Of a stretch of 64,000 bases of DNA, positions 12,106 through 24,842 are shown one piece after another. Under the pieces are notes generated by a model that was not told the DNA's origin, did no database searches, and saw only the letters and a list, made by a program, of their open reading frames with translations. The stretch comes from Adineta vaga. Its lineage: Eukaryota; Animalia; Rotifera. Location of the stretch: NCBI GenBank assembly GCA_021613535.1, contig CP075496.1, positions 14,756,001-14,820,000 on the forward strand, written 5' to 3'. How positions within the stretch are numbered: the first letter of the stretch is position 1; every line of letters starts with the position of its first letter. A program made the translations under genes and the position numbers.

Positions 12106-15100
12106 TCAACCGGAACAAGTAGATTGTCCAAGGGTCGGATCGGCGAAGTTGTTTGGACACACTAAACAAGCTTGAGATGATGTACGTTGTGGAATCGGTT
12201 GATAGGTTCCTGAAGGACAGGGTTGTACACTGCTTGCTCCCGCTAAACAATATACACCACTAGGACAAACCATACAACTTGATCGTCCAGAATATTGAGA
12301 ATATGTACCGGCAGGACATTGCAAACAAGCTTGAACCGAAACGCTACCTGTATTTGGTTGATATGTTCCCGTGGGACATGGTTGCATGCTGCTTGCACCA
12401 GCTGTACAGTAGTAACCACTAGAACAAATCGAACAACTTGACTGTCCAGAAGTTGGATTATAAGTGCCAACAGGACATTGTAAACAAGCTTGAATTGTAA
12501 ATCTACCTAAGATAGGTTGATACGTTCCTGAAGGACAAGTCAACATGTTAATGGATCCAGCTGGGCAGTAATAACCGGTAGAACATCTGGAACAACTCGT
12601 TTGAGCCCCAGATTGACTATAAGTGCCGTTAGGACACTGTAAACAAGATTGAATCGACGATTTACCTTGGATAGGTTGGTAAGTTCCTGGAGGGCATGAT
12701 AGCATATTACTAGATCCAACGGGGCAGTAATAACCAGTAGAACAAATAGAACAAGTGGATTGAGCATAGTTTGGATTGTAAGTACCACTGGGACATGCCA
12801 AGCAAGCTTGCACTGATGTAGCATTGACGTATGGCTGATAGGTTCCAGTAGGGCATGGTTGTGCATTAACTGATCCAGCCTCGCAATAAGAACCACTAGG
12901 ACATAATACACAGTTTGATTGACCAAAATTCGGATTGTAAGTACCAACTGGACATTCTAAACAAACTTGAGACGAATTATTTGGATCGATAGTTTGATAA
13001 GTTCCTGGTGGACATTGTGATAGACTGTTAGCTGCATTTTGACAATAACCGGCATACCAATACCAATTCCAAGCACAATCGATGCAAGATGACTGGCCAG
13101 CGCCCGTAGTGAATGTATTGTTAGGACATGATAAACAAGCTTTAGCTGAAACACTGCCAGTTGACGGTTGATAAGTATACATAGGACACGACTGTGGGCT
13201 GCTTTCTCCAGCTGAACAATAAGCACCGGCAGGACAATTTGAGCAGGCCGACTGTCCAGAATATTGACTATATGTACCAGCAGGACATATTGAACAATCT
13301 TGAACTGTGATACTACCACTTTTCGGTTGATATGTGCCTGAAGGACATGATACTGGAGTGCTTGATGCTATCGGACAAAATGATCCACTAGGACATATTG
13401 AACAAATAGATTGACCAGAATTCGGATTGTAAGTACCGTTAGGACATGGTAAGCAAGCTTGATCTGAAATACTACCTGGTATCGGTTGATAAGTTCCTGA
13501 AGGACATGCTTGTGGAGTACTTGTTCCACTTATACAATAAGAACCAATCGGACAAGTTAAGCAGGTCGATTGTCCAGGATTTGTGCTGTAAGTACCACTG
13601 GGACATTTCGAACAATCTCCAGTCGAAATACCGCCTTCATTTGGTTGAAAAGTTCCTGAAGGACACGCTTGCTGACTTGTTGATCCATATGGACAATAAA
13701 AACCAGCAGAACAACTATAGCAACTTGACTTACCAACATCAGAATTGTACGTACCATTAGGACATTTTAAACAAGTTTGCACTAAAGCTCTGTAAGGAAG
13801 TGCTTGATACGTTCCTGATGGACATGGTATTGGACTACTTCCTCCACCTGGACAATAATTACCAACAGGGCATACCATACAACGAGACTGTCCGAGGCTT
13901 GGATTATATGTACCATTGGGACATTTCAAACATGATTGAGATGAGATAATACGTGTGGCTGGTTGATAAGTTCCTGAAGGACACGGTTTTATAGCAGTAG
14001 CTCCAACTGGACAGTAATAACCGAGTGGACAAATCGAGCAAATGGACTGTCCGGAAATAAAATTATAGGTACCATCAGGACATTTCAAGCAAGATGCCGT
14101 TGATACACCACCCATAGAAGGTAAATACGTTCCTACTGGACATGGTAGAGTACTGTTTGCTCCAACTGGACAATAGTAGCCAATAGGACAGAATGAGCAA
14201 CTAGATTCTCCAGGATTCAAACTATATGTGCCACTTGGACATTTCAGACAAGCTTGAACTGAAGTACTACCTTGAGTTGGTTGATAGGTTCCCGCAGGAC
14301 ATGGTTGAGCACTATTTGACCCTGCTATACAATAATAACCAATAGGACAAATCAGGCAACTGGATTGTCCAATAGTTGAACTATAAGTACCAGCAGGACA
14401 GCTCAAACAAGATTGAGCTGAAATACTGCGTACTATTGGTTGATAAGTTCCTATAGGACATGTTTGAGCTCCATTTGTTGTTCCTGGACAGTAATAGCCA
14501 CTGGGACAAAGAAGGCAATTCGATTGACCTGAAGTTGTTGTATAAGTACCGTTTGGACATGACAAACAAGCTCGAGCTGAAGCACCGCCTGGCATTGGTT
14601 GATAAGTTTGTAAAGGACACGCAATTGCGTTACTAGCTCCAACTGTACAATAATAGCCACTAGGACAAATCGAACAAGTAGATTGTCCCGTATTTTGAGT
14701 ATAAGTACCGGCAGAACAATTGAGACAAGCATCAATTGATGTTGCACCTACCATTGGCTGATATGTTCCAGAAGAGCATGGAACTAAATTATTTGTTCCA
14801 CCTGGACAATAATAGCCGCTAGGACAATTCGAACAAGTAGATTGTCCCGTATTTTGAGTATAAGTACCGGCCGAACAATTGAGGCAAGTAACAATGGATG
14901 TTGCACCTAGCATTGGTTGATATGTCCCTAAAGGACATGGGTCGGGATAGGCTCTTCCAGCTAGACAATAACTACCAGTGGTGCAATTATAACAACTAGA
15001 TTGACCGTAGTTTGGTTGGTAGCTACCTTCTGGACAACTCAAACAAACTTGAGTGGATGTGTTTACATCGATGGTCAGATAGTTTCCTGGATAACACCAT

Positions 15101-15177
15101 TGAGCATTACTCACTCTAATCAGTGATATCGATAGTATGCCAATGACAAACAACTGACGAGATAAATGCATTGTCAT
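12106..15177 (-). CDS. Secreted cysteine-rich repeat protein (GCC2/GCC3, ephrin-receptor-like repeats)
   Basis: 1023 aa single exon; signal peptide; ~18 tandem ~53-aa units 'CPxGxYC...CPxGTYQP...CLxCPxGTY...GQSxC'. Confidence 0.85.
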   Translation of the reverse strand: MTMHLSRQLFVIGILSISLIRVSNAQWCYPGNYLTIDVNTSTQVCLSCPEGSYQPNYGQSSCYNCTTGSYCLAGRAYPDPCPLGTYQPMLGATSIVTCLNCSAGTYTQNTGQSTCSNCPSGYYCPGGTNNLVPCSSGTYQPMVGATSIDACLNCSAGTYTQNTGQSTCSICPSGYYCTVGASNAIACPLQTYQPMPGGASARACLSCPNGTYTTTSGQSNCLLCPSGYYCPGTTNGAQTCPIGTYQPIVRSISAQSCLSCPAGTYSSTIGQSSCLICPIGYYCIAGSNSAQPCPAGTYQPTQGSTSVQACLKCPSGTYSLNPGESSCSFCPIGYYCPVGANSTLPCPVGTYLPSMGGVSTASCLKCPDGTYNFISGQSICSICPLGYYCPVGATAIKPCPSGTYQPATRIISSQSCLKCPNGTYNPSLGQSRCMVCPVGNYCPGGGSSPIPCPSGTYQALPYRALVQTCLKCPNGTYNSDVGKSSCYSCSAGFYCPYGSTSQQACPSGTFQPNEGGISTGDCSKCPSGTYSTNPGQSTCLTCPIGSYCISGTSTPQACPSGTYQPIPGSISDQACLPCPNGTYNPNSGQSICSICPSGSFCPIASSTPVSCPSGTYQPKSGSITVQDCSICPAGTYSQYSGQSACSNCPAGAYCSAGESSPQSCPMYTYQPSTGSVSAKACLSCPNNTFTTGAGQSSCIDCAWNWYWYAGYCQNAANSLSQCPPGTYQTIDPNNSSQVCLECPVGTYNPNFGQSNCVLCPSGSYCEAGSVNAQPCPTGTYQPYVNATSVQACLACPSGTYNPNYAQSTCSICSTGYYCPVGSSNMLSCPPGTYQPIQGKSSIQSCLQCPNGTYSQSGAQTSCSRCSTGYYCPAGSINMLTCPSGTYQPILGRFTIQACLQCPVGTYNPTSGQSSCSICSSGYYCTAGASSMQPCPTGTYQPNTGSVSVQACLQCPAGTYSQYSGRSSCMVCPSGVYCLAGASSVQPCPSGTYQPIPQRTSSQACLVCPNNFADPTLGQSTCSG

Positions 15178-16265
15178 TGCAAATCTTAAATATAAAACAA
15201 AGAAATAAAGGATATGAGTGTGACCTGAGTGAAAGAATCGCTAGAAATTATACAGAACTTAATGAATCTTGGATGAGTGCGATGTGTTCTGGAGGAGCAC
15301 AAAAAAAATGTAGGTAACCAAATGAAAATAAAAACACAGTTTGACTACTTGATTAAATAGGAAGAATAACACCGGTTTTTTTTCTATTGTTTTTCTTTTT
15401 CTATACAGTGAAATTTCAGTTAATGTTGATGCTTTCCACCTCTGCAAACACTGCATAACAACCAGTCACAAACAATAAACTCGGATGTTTCTTTTGTATA
15501 TTTCGTCGAAAGAATTAATGTCAACAGAAAAGCACTTTGTCATTGAAATTGCATTAATGCACTATTTTAACCTTCCGATTTCATCACTTCTGTGCATAAA
15601 TGCATTATAAGTTCTGTGAAATAGCTGTTAGTTTTCCGATACAATGAGTAATCGGCTGAAATCTAACACACTCTTGGTCAATAAACTTGATCAAGTAATG
15701 CAACAGTTTTGTATGACACAACTTCATGTTAATAATAACCAAGAATTGTATCTATATCAACAAAAAATATACCTTACTGAATATCTAACTGACTTGAATC
15801 GATTTCGAATCTTTCGCGTATCTTTTTAAGTGTAGAAATTCAGCGTTTTCAATCTAACATACTACATATGAGCAAGAATCATTATTTCATTCTTTGAAAA
15901 TTTTCTTATGATATTCGCGAAACGGATAAAGATGATTAAATTGGAACTTTCACAATGTTTTGAGTGTAAATCTTTAAGAAAATATGAATAGTAATAGTCA
16001 TCTAAATTGTTATCTTTCAGAAAAATAACATTAGTCATAAATATGAATCATAGCAACGTTTATTTTCGTCGTTGGTTACAAAATAAATTTGGACATTCAT
16101 GTTGGTTTTTTCCTGCACAGATGCACGATTAATTTTCATCTGCTTACTGATTTCGAATGAAAAGGAGAATAGAAGAAACTGTTAATCATCTAAACATTTT
16201 TTTTGTGAAAATCATATACTACAGAAATAAAAAAACAAGCATGTCTCGTAATATAAGATAGAAAT

Positions 16266-16310
16266 TTGGGATGGGTGTCGGTCTCTTGTATTCACCCACG
16301 CCCTCAAAAT
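16266..16310. repeat. Telomere-like hairpin element, spacer type B
   Basis: ttgggatgggtg tcggtctcttgtatt cacccacgccctcaaaat. Confidence 0.7.
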
Positions 16311-16794
16311 AATACTACAATATTTTATCGAAGATATTTTCTTCATGTGCAATTATATTTGCTGCTTCTGTTCTTAAACTCACGCCATTATAGTGTAGAA
16401 TATAAATATATATAATAATTTAAGAAAATAATCTGTATAAAACAAATAATTATTCAACCGCATTTTCTTCACTGAAAATGATGCTTTTAAACAAATTAAA
16501 AATGCTTTTTTGACTAATTTAATCTACTTGACTGATTTTTTTTCTGCAAACATCGACAGGTAAAATCACGAAATTGAACGAGTTCTTTGCGACCTTATCT
16601 GTAGTAAAAGCAACATTAGTTTTCGATCTATCTGTTCTCGCTCGAATGACTAGAATTCTTTTTATAACACACCATACATCAAACGTCTATATTTAAAACA
16701 ACTAAACTTTCACTATACTGCCGACTTCATTATCATTTCACTTTTGATTTCGCTTAGAAGAGATTAACGAAACAATCAACATTAGTTTTCTAAC

Positions 16795-17817
16795 ATGAGT
16801 AACATTACAATGATTACTGCTACAGTTGTTACTGTAGATGATCAAACTCGATTAATAATTCTGTTTAATCTTTTGATCAAAACTTTTTCACAATGTCTTG
16901 ATGGTTTTGCATGGATCATTGGTAATATTGGAGCAATCTGTACTTGTATTGTATTCCATCAAGTGGCATTTCGAAAAAGTCCTTGTGCTATGTATTTCAT
17001 AGTTTCAAGTTTTTCACAACTTTTCATTTTCAATTTTGCTACTTTTATTCGAATGATTCAATATGGTTATGGTGTTCCTGTTAATTCTGTTCCATCGTGG
17101 TTTTGTAAGATACGTTTTTATATTTATTATGTTGCTATGGCTAGTGCTCGTTATAACATTATCTTTGCATGTGTAGATCGTTATTTTTGTAGTTCTCCGA
17201 AGGTTACTCATCGTCAATGGAGTTCATCAAAAATCGCTCTTCGTCTTATCATTATCAATGCTATTATTTGGATGGTCTTCTACATTCAAATTCTCGTCAT
17301 ATATGATGTTAAAAGTGACAAATGTAGAATTCATACAGTAAGCCTTATGACCTATTTTAATTATTATATCACATTCGAAAATGGATTCTTTCCAATAATT
17401 CCAATGTTCATCTTTGGATTACTTACTATTCATAATATTCATCAAAGTAAACGACGTACAAGAACAACGGAACCAGTCAATGGAAATCAAATTGTTCAAA
17501 CTGATCGTGTATCAAGAAAAGAAACACAATTACATAAGATGTTAGCCAATCAAGTCATTGTTTATATGATTTTTAATATTCCACTTCCAGTATATAGTAT
17601 TTATCGATCATATCTTTCTCTTGCTTCGTTATCAGGATGGCATGCTTTGATGGATACATTGATCAACAATTTCTGCTTTGATTTGGTATATCTTGGTTAT
17701 GCTTTAACATTTCCAAATTTCATTTTGACATCAGATATATTCCGACGCGAATTAAAACAGATCATTCAAACAAAAATATTTCAGCCATGTCGACGACACA
17801 TCACACCCGCAAATTGA
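16795..17817 (+). CDS. Rhodopsin-like (class A) 7TM GPCR, single exon
   Basis: 340 aa, 'GNIG', 'FRKSPC', 'FCKIRFY...ACVDRY', 'TSDIFRREL'; same family as 259-1209. Confidence 0.85.
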   Translation: MSNITMITATVVTVDDQTRLIILFNLLIKTFSQCLDGFAWIIGNIGAICTCIVFHQVAFRKSPCAMYFIVSSFSQLFIFNFATFIRMIQYGYGVPVNSVPSWFCKIRFYIYYVAMASARYNIIFACVDRYFCSSPKVTHRQWSSSKIALRLIIINAIIWMVFYIQILVIYDVKSDKCRIHTVSLMTYFNYYITFENGFFPIIPMFIFGLLTIHNIHQSKRRTRTTEPVNGNQIVQTDRVSRKETQLHKMLANQVIVYMIFNIPLPVYSIYRSYLSLASLSGWHALMDTLINNFCFDLVYLGYALTFPNFILTSDIFRRELKQIIQTKIFQPCRRHITPAN

Positions 17818-18021
17818 ATAACAAGAAGAATTATTGACTATGACAGACAGAGAACTCTTATCTTTTATCCTATGCTGAAACACTGTACAATTCCATTCAT
17901 ATTTAATCAAATAAAAGAAAATTATTAAAATAACATTCTTCTTTTTCTTATAACTTGTCCTATAATTGATTACATAGCTTTGAGAACAATACAAATATTA
18001 ATTATAAGAATTCTATTTAGA

Positions 18022-18081
18022 TTGAAGGGTATGAGTGTGTGTGAATACAAGAGACCCACACTCATACCCTACAACCTTAAG
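18022..18081. repeat. Telomere-like hairpin element, spacer type B (reverse)
   Basis: Perfect 14-bp stem agggtatgagtgtg / cacactcataccct. Confidence 0.8.
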
Positions 18082-18651
18082 TCATTAGCAGAGAACTTTA
18101 TAACAAATGGAATAATCCCTTGCGTCTATTTTAAAACACTTTTCGAAATTTTCTTTCAAGATTTTCGTCGTCAAACTGTCAAAATCGTTTGAAAAAGCCT
18201 TAAAAAATAGATAACTAAATAAAGGCTTCTAATATGGGAACGAAGGTTTAGTGAATATCAGTGCAAAATAGATCATTCATTGTCGCATGAGAAATTGTCA
18301 GAAACTACTGGAGTTTTTATTTGTCGAGAAAATGTTTTTCTTTCCTACTATAACAGTTCTTTGCTTTTCTAAATTTTGCTCAAGACAAATGAGTTTTGTA
18401 GCAACACATGTGAAAGGTATTATTCTATTGCATCTTTTTATAATGAAGAGGGTACGTGAGATTTATACGCAAATAACTTTGAAAATGATCGATGAAAGAA
18501 AGTGTTGTGGAAGTTATTCTGAAGAGAGAGAAAAAAAAGCGCGTAGAACAATTTCTCATGATATTTAATATAAGTATGGTAGAAAAAACTGACAATAAAT
18601 GTGAGATTTATGTAAAGTAACTCTAGTGTCTATCACAAGAAATCGGTTGAA

Positions 18652-21600
18652 ATGCTCTTGATTCGAATTTTATTTTGTTCAGTAGTTGCCGTGTCATCGC
18701 TTCAAATCAATCTTGATTTGACTGAATGGACAAATGTGAATGAAGATAATAACGAATTGTCACATGATTGTCTTCATATTGATACTTCAAATGAACATGA
18801 GAATTATCCTCGTCAAACCACTTCATATTGTTTAAGTGAATGGCCATCAACATGGAAGATAGAAGAAATTCATTATGATCAAAAATTCACTTTTGCTCAA
18901 CTTGCCAATCGAAATATAACTAGTGAACATTTATATCTCTGGTCATCTCCAATCGATACAATTGAATCTTATCAATTTTATTTAGATCAACGTTTAACAT
19001 CTACTGATTTGTCATTAGAAAGGAAAATCTATTATAATTGCAGTGAAGCACGATTTGGTCCATTATGTCAATATGAATTCGATGATCTTCAACCCAATTA
19101 TACATCAATAAACGAAATGATTTCGATGTTTTATCGAAAAAATATGTATACACCGACGAATCTGACATGTTATATGCATCTAGAATGTAATCTTGGTTCG
19201 ACATCACTCTGTCTTGATTGGAATCATATTTGTGATAATGTCATTCAATGTATGAATGGAGAAGACGAAGAACATTGTTGGCAAATGGAAACTAACGAAT
19301 GTACAGATGAGGAATTTCGATGTAAAAATGGACAATGTATATCTTCGATATTTCTCAACGATGATATTTATATTCCTGATTGTCTTGATGGATCAGATAT
19401 TTATATAGAACATGGAGTGGATTTTTATGGAGATTTCTATGAACCAACATTGAGAAGTGAAGATATCATTTGTTGGGATAAATATCATCCTTCAGTTTGG
19501 TCTAGTCTCTTATGTAGTAATAAACGTATTGAGATTTTCTATCAATCCATGTCATTAGTTAAAGCCGATTCAATGTCTGATCAATGTTGGTCAGCATTGC
19601 AATGTTATTTGCAGATTCATCATCCATCAGGTCAACTGTCCGATGAAGTTGAACAAAATAAAACTTGTCAAAAAATCATTGAAGAAAATTGTACGGATAT
19701 GTTTTATATGCCATCTGTACCGATCGCATTTGGTCATATGTATTTAGCTTATAGAAAAGAATATCTCGTCAAACAAACGATATGAACAAATATGCCTGAA
19801 TATCTATGTTATAATGAACAATTATGTCAAGGATTCAACCCAAATGACACAGTGATCGCATATAATAATAGTACTTGTCGTCTTCTTAAGGATGCTATAC
19901 CTTGGATTCGTCAGTTTACATTAGGACGAAGAGTAATTCCATCAATGATGACATTAATCTATATGGAACTTTTCAAATGTAATACACTTCGACGAAATGA
20001 TTCGACAATTTGTAATCATGTTGGCATGTATAAATGTCTGAATTCATCTAAATGTATAGCAAAAATTTGTCTTTTTGACGGCAATCGCGATTGTGATTAT
20101 GGAGATGATGAAGATGATAAACAGCAGTTTTTAATTGACACATATTGTTCAGAAAGAACATCTCAATTTCATTTGAATTGTTCAGGAACAAATAAATGTA
20201 TTTCGCGTAAGATGGTTGAAGATTCATTTTGTGATTGTGGTGTTGATGAACGTGGCATGTGTCATGATGAAGATTTAGATTTCAGTGACATTAGAAAACA
20301 AATATCATTTCCAACAATTTGTGATGGTTTTGTCGATTTAGAACCTTTGATTATCGACGAACAAAATCATACAGATGAAACAGATTGTGAACAATGGTTG
20401 TGCAAGAATATCTATACTCATTGTAATGGATATTGGAATTGTTTTAGTGGAATCGATGAAGTTAATTGCTATCCATCGTTACTATTAAATTATAATTGTT
20501 CATCTGATAATCATTTATGTGTAAAACCGAATAAAACTGACCTGATGTGTTTACCTATAGATCAAAGTAATGATGGAAAAATTGATTGTTTAGGCGCAAC
20601 TGATGAACCACAACTGTGTCGAAATAACTTTCGAGATTACGCAAGTGGATTCTATTGTAAACAACATAATCAAAAGACGGACTGTATATATCGTTCCAGT
20701 TTGTGCAGTGGACATTCAATTTGTTTAGCTAATGAAGACGAACAATTTTGTCACATGATTCAAACTAATAAACTATTCCTTAGCGATGCTTGTGGAAAAG
20801 ATCAAGTATGGATTCTTCCGGAACGTGAAGAATTTCTATGTAATCTTTTCAAACTTACACCTACTCGTAAGATGATCCATTTTCCACTTGGTCATGTCAA
20901 TAAATCTAGTAAGAATATTACTAAAGTTGACGAAATGATCAGTATGTCCTCCATCAATGAGGCTAATGTCGCACGTCAACAAAGATGCTATCGTGGTCTT
21001 TAATTTACGAATTTGGTTGGACAAAAGTAAGAATATTAGTGAGCTTACTTGTCTTTGTCCACCGAGTTATTATGGAAACGTGTGTCAATATCAGAATCAA
21101 CGAGTTAGTCTTACAATAAAACTTCAAAGCTTTTCTGATTCTTGGCGAACACCATTTGTTCTCATTGTTTTTCTTATCGATAATAGTAATGAACGAATTA
21201 TTCATTCTTATAATCAAATAACTTATTTATCGAAACGAAATTGTCATACAAAATATAATATGTATTTATTATATTCGACTCGACCAAAAACTTTATCGAA
21301 AAAATATTCAATTCATATTGATGTTTATGAAAAATTTTCTTTATCTTATCGAGGAAGTTTATTAGTTGATATACCTTTTCTATTCTTACCGATACAACGT
21401 ATTGCTGTTCTCTTGAATATTCCATATTTGAATGAAAAGACAAAAACATGTTCCAATAAATTATGTCTTCATGGTCAATGTATGCGTTATTTTGATCATC
21501 CAAATGGAGAAACATTTTGTCATTGTAATCAACGATGGACTGGTCGATATTGTGATATTCCATATAAATGTTCATGTTCATCAGATTCACTATGTCTCGG

Positions 21601-23403
21601 TATATCAGCAAATAATCGTTCAATTTGTCTTTGTCCAATTCAGAAATGGGGTTCTCAATGTTTACTTTCTGATCAAATATGTCAAAAGAATAATAGAACA
21701 TGTGAAAATCATGGTCAATGTATACCTATTGATCAGTTTAGTACATCGACAAAGAAATTTGAATGTATGTGTTCAAAAGCTTTCTTTGGTGAAAGATGTG
21801 AAATTCCATCAAATAATGTTACATTATCATTTGCAAAAGATATCGTTTTAACCGAAAAGATGTTAATTCATTTTATTGAAGTTAAAGATACAAATGCTCC
21901 ACCAGAAAAAGGAGTTACATTTAAAACTACACCTATTAACGGAAATTCAATAGTAATTTTTTGGTCAAATCCCTTTCATATTGTTTTTGTTGAATCACTC
22001 GTCAATCGATATTATTTAGTTTATGTCAACAAAATCTATCATCGACCAACAATAATTAATAAAATAATAAAATCATCAGATTATTGTCCACATATACGAG
22101 AACTATCTGATCAAACATTTGTTCAACTTCATATTCTTCGTCGTATAAAATCTTATCATAATCTATGTCAAAAACATATCTCATGTTTTTATGATGAGAA
22201 ATATTTATGTTTATGTATGAATTTTAATCAACAACGTCAAGCGAATTGTTTAGAATTTAATCATACAATTAATCGTGATTGTTCGGGAAAAAGTATTTGT
22301 GAAAATGGAGGTGATTGTTCACAAGATAGTACTACTTGTCCTCAAACATCTATTTGTATTTGTCCTTCATGTTTCTATGGAACCAAATGTTAATTTTCAT
22401 CAAATGAACATGAACTTTCACTTGATGCTATCTTAGGTTATCATATTCGACCATATATTGACATGAGACATCAACCAACTATTGTTAAATTCAGTATTAT
22501 ATTAACCGTGATTATCACTATCATCGGACTTATTAATGGAATTTTTTCGTTAATAACATTTCAAAATAAAACTATTAGAGAAATTGGCTGTGGAATATAT
22601 CTATTTGTTTCATCATTTGTAACACTCTTTACTATCAGTATACTTGTAATGAAAGTTGTAATATTGATCCTTGCACAATCGACATACATGACTAATCGTT
22701 CATTTTTACATTTTCAATGTGTCATCATCGATTATTTTTTACAAATTAGTTTAAATATGAATGAATGGTTAAATGCATGTGTAGCTTTAGAAAGAGCATT
22801 TACTGTAATCAAAGGTATTCACTTTAATAAGAAAAATAGTCGAATAGTCGCGAAATTAATGATTATTGTTCTTCTTATTGTGATATTGACTACACATATT
22901 CAAGATCCTATTCATCGACGTTTAATTGATGAAGATACTGATGAAGAAAAACGAATTTGGTGTATTGTTACTCATTCAGTAAGTGTTCAAAGATTTAATA
23001 TCAGTGTAAATATCTTTCATTTATGTATTCCATTTATTATCAATTTGTTTTCATCAATCATTATTATTGTAAAAAAAGCTCGTTTACGATCATCAACACA
23101 AACTCACAAACTTACTAACAAGTATTAATTAAACAATGGCAAGAACAAAAACATCTTTTCATCTCATCTCTTTTAATATTCATTCTAACGATTCCACGTT
23201 TAATTATAATATTTGCGGCTGGTTGTATGACGACAGCTGTAGATTCTTGGCTATACCTTATGGGATATTTTATCTCATTTTTTCCATCCATGTTAACTTT
23301 TGTTGTATTTGTTGTACCATCAAAATTATACAAACGAGAATTTCGTTCTACGATGAGGCACTATCGAAAAATGATAAAGAAACGATTACAAATGAATCCG
23401 TAA
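18652..23403 (+). pseudogene. Disrupted LDLa-repeat/EGF-repeat 7TM GPCR
   Basis: Signal peptide, LDLa repeats ('C.NG.CI...DC.DGSD'), EGF repeats, 7TM with 'CVALERA'. Broken by in-frame stops at 19783-85, 22391-93 and ~23116 and by frameshifts at ~21000 and ~23110; no splice sites evident at the lesions. Confidence 0.75.
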
Positions 23404-24842
23404 TAGAAAAACGTTTTCTAGATTCTCGCCATGATCGTATATTTCAGAATTTCTCTTTTACACATATTGTAATATCTATGATTCTTCAATAAATATAACA
23501 CACTTACCCATATATTATTGCCTTCAAAAGAGACTACAGCAAGATATTGCAGTTATTATACAGTTTTGTCGGTTTGTATTTTTGTTCAATCTTGAAGGCG
23601 AAGGTACTATTCTTGTATATGAGATTGATTGAATTATAGATTATATAATACCAATATTTAGAATTATTCTCTCAAATTTGCCATTGTTTTATCAAATGAT
23701 TTATTCATGACAAAAACTACGTCAATATCGTCAGAGTACTGTTTATTTTATATGTCTTTTACAAACATTTTTTGGTATATTTAGAATAACAGCACTCGAA
23801 AACTTCACTAAACATCGAATAATTCGAAAACAAAGAGTTACTACTTTGTACCTATCAATTGATAGGAAAATTTTTATTTATTTAGAATTATCTAATAGAA
23901 ATCACTTTCTATTAATTTATATTTTTCGCTAAATATTAAATACAAACGAAAGAATGTAAAAATAACTGCCGATAAACTTTTCAATGTTGCTATATTACAC
24001 AGATCCTGTGCTCTAAAAATACATTAATCATTGAAAATTGCGCAGTCTCTAGGAGCTGATATGAGACAATAATCTTACATCCTTGGAAAAAGTTACGCTT
24101 GAGTTTTAGTCCATTTTCCAAGTTTGAATCGTTTTGATTCATCGATATTCTGAAATTCTTAATTCAAATAAACTAATTAAATGGTGTGGTAGAATCATTC
24201 AACTAGATGGAGACTTGCACTATTAGCTGACAGATCGTATTGTTAGTCTCATTATAGCAAAATGCTACACTTCTTGATCTTGACAATTTTGTTATAAATA
24301 GTGTAATACGATCTATTGATCAGGTTAAATGCAACTGATTTCTGAATTATGAGTCATTTTTGTACAAATTCGTAATAGTTTTCGAGCAATGCGAGTCTCA
24401 GTGAATGCATTATGACAGTATCAAATATATTTGCACATAACTCAAGAATAATCGCTCGAAGAACACGCGATACCGTTTTAAAGAAAGTCTATGCACTAAA
24501 CGGTAATTTTTTTGCACTCTGTTGTACATATACATGTAATATATCATTGTTCAATAAAAATAATTAAAGTTCATGAAAAAACCATAGCAAGGACATCTAC
24601 TTCAAATTCTTTTCCTGATACATATTTTCTCATGAGTTTCGTTTGCTGCGACTAGCGTTGAATAAATCATTCGTCCGCATGTTTTCTATAGATTGATTAT
24701 GATGGGACTGAATAACAAGAAATATAATGACATATCTTCATACTGAATTTTTATTAATTCGAAAGAATAGCTAAAATAAAACGTTAGTGATAAGTTTTAT
24801 AAATACAATAGTTGTCCGATAAGTCGTTATCTTAAACGTTAT

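Noticed and set aside
12243-14747. Several overlapping short ORFs within the Cys-rich gene
   Set aside because: Alternative-frame shadows of a repetitive CDS.
19783-22393. Stop-codon readthrough, selenocysteine or an alternative genetic code for in-frame TGA/TAA
   Set aside because: Frameshifts co-occur in the same gene and all other genes use standard stops; pseudogene or sequence error is simpler.
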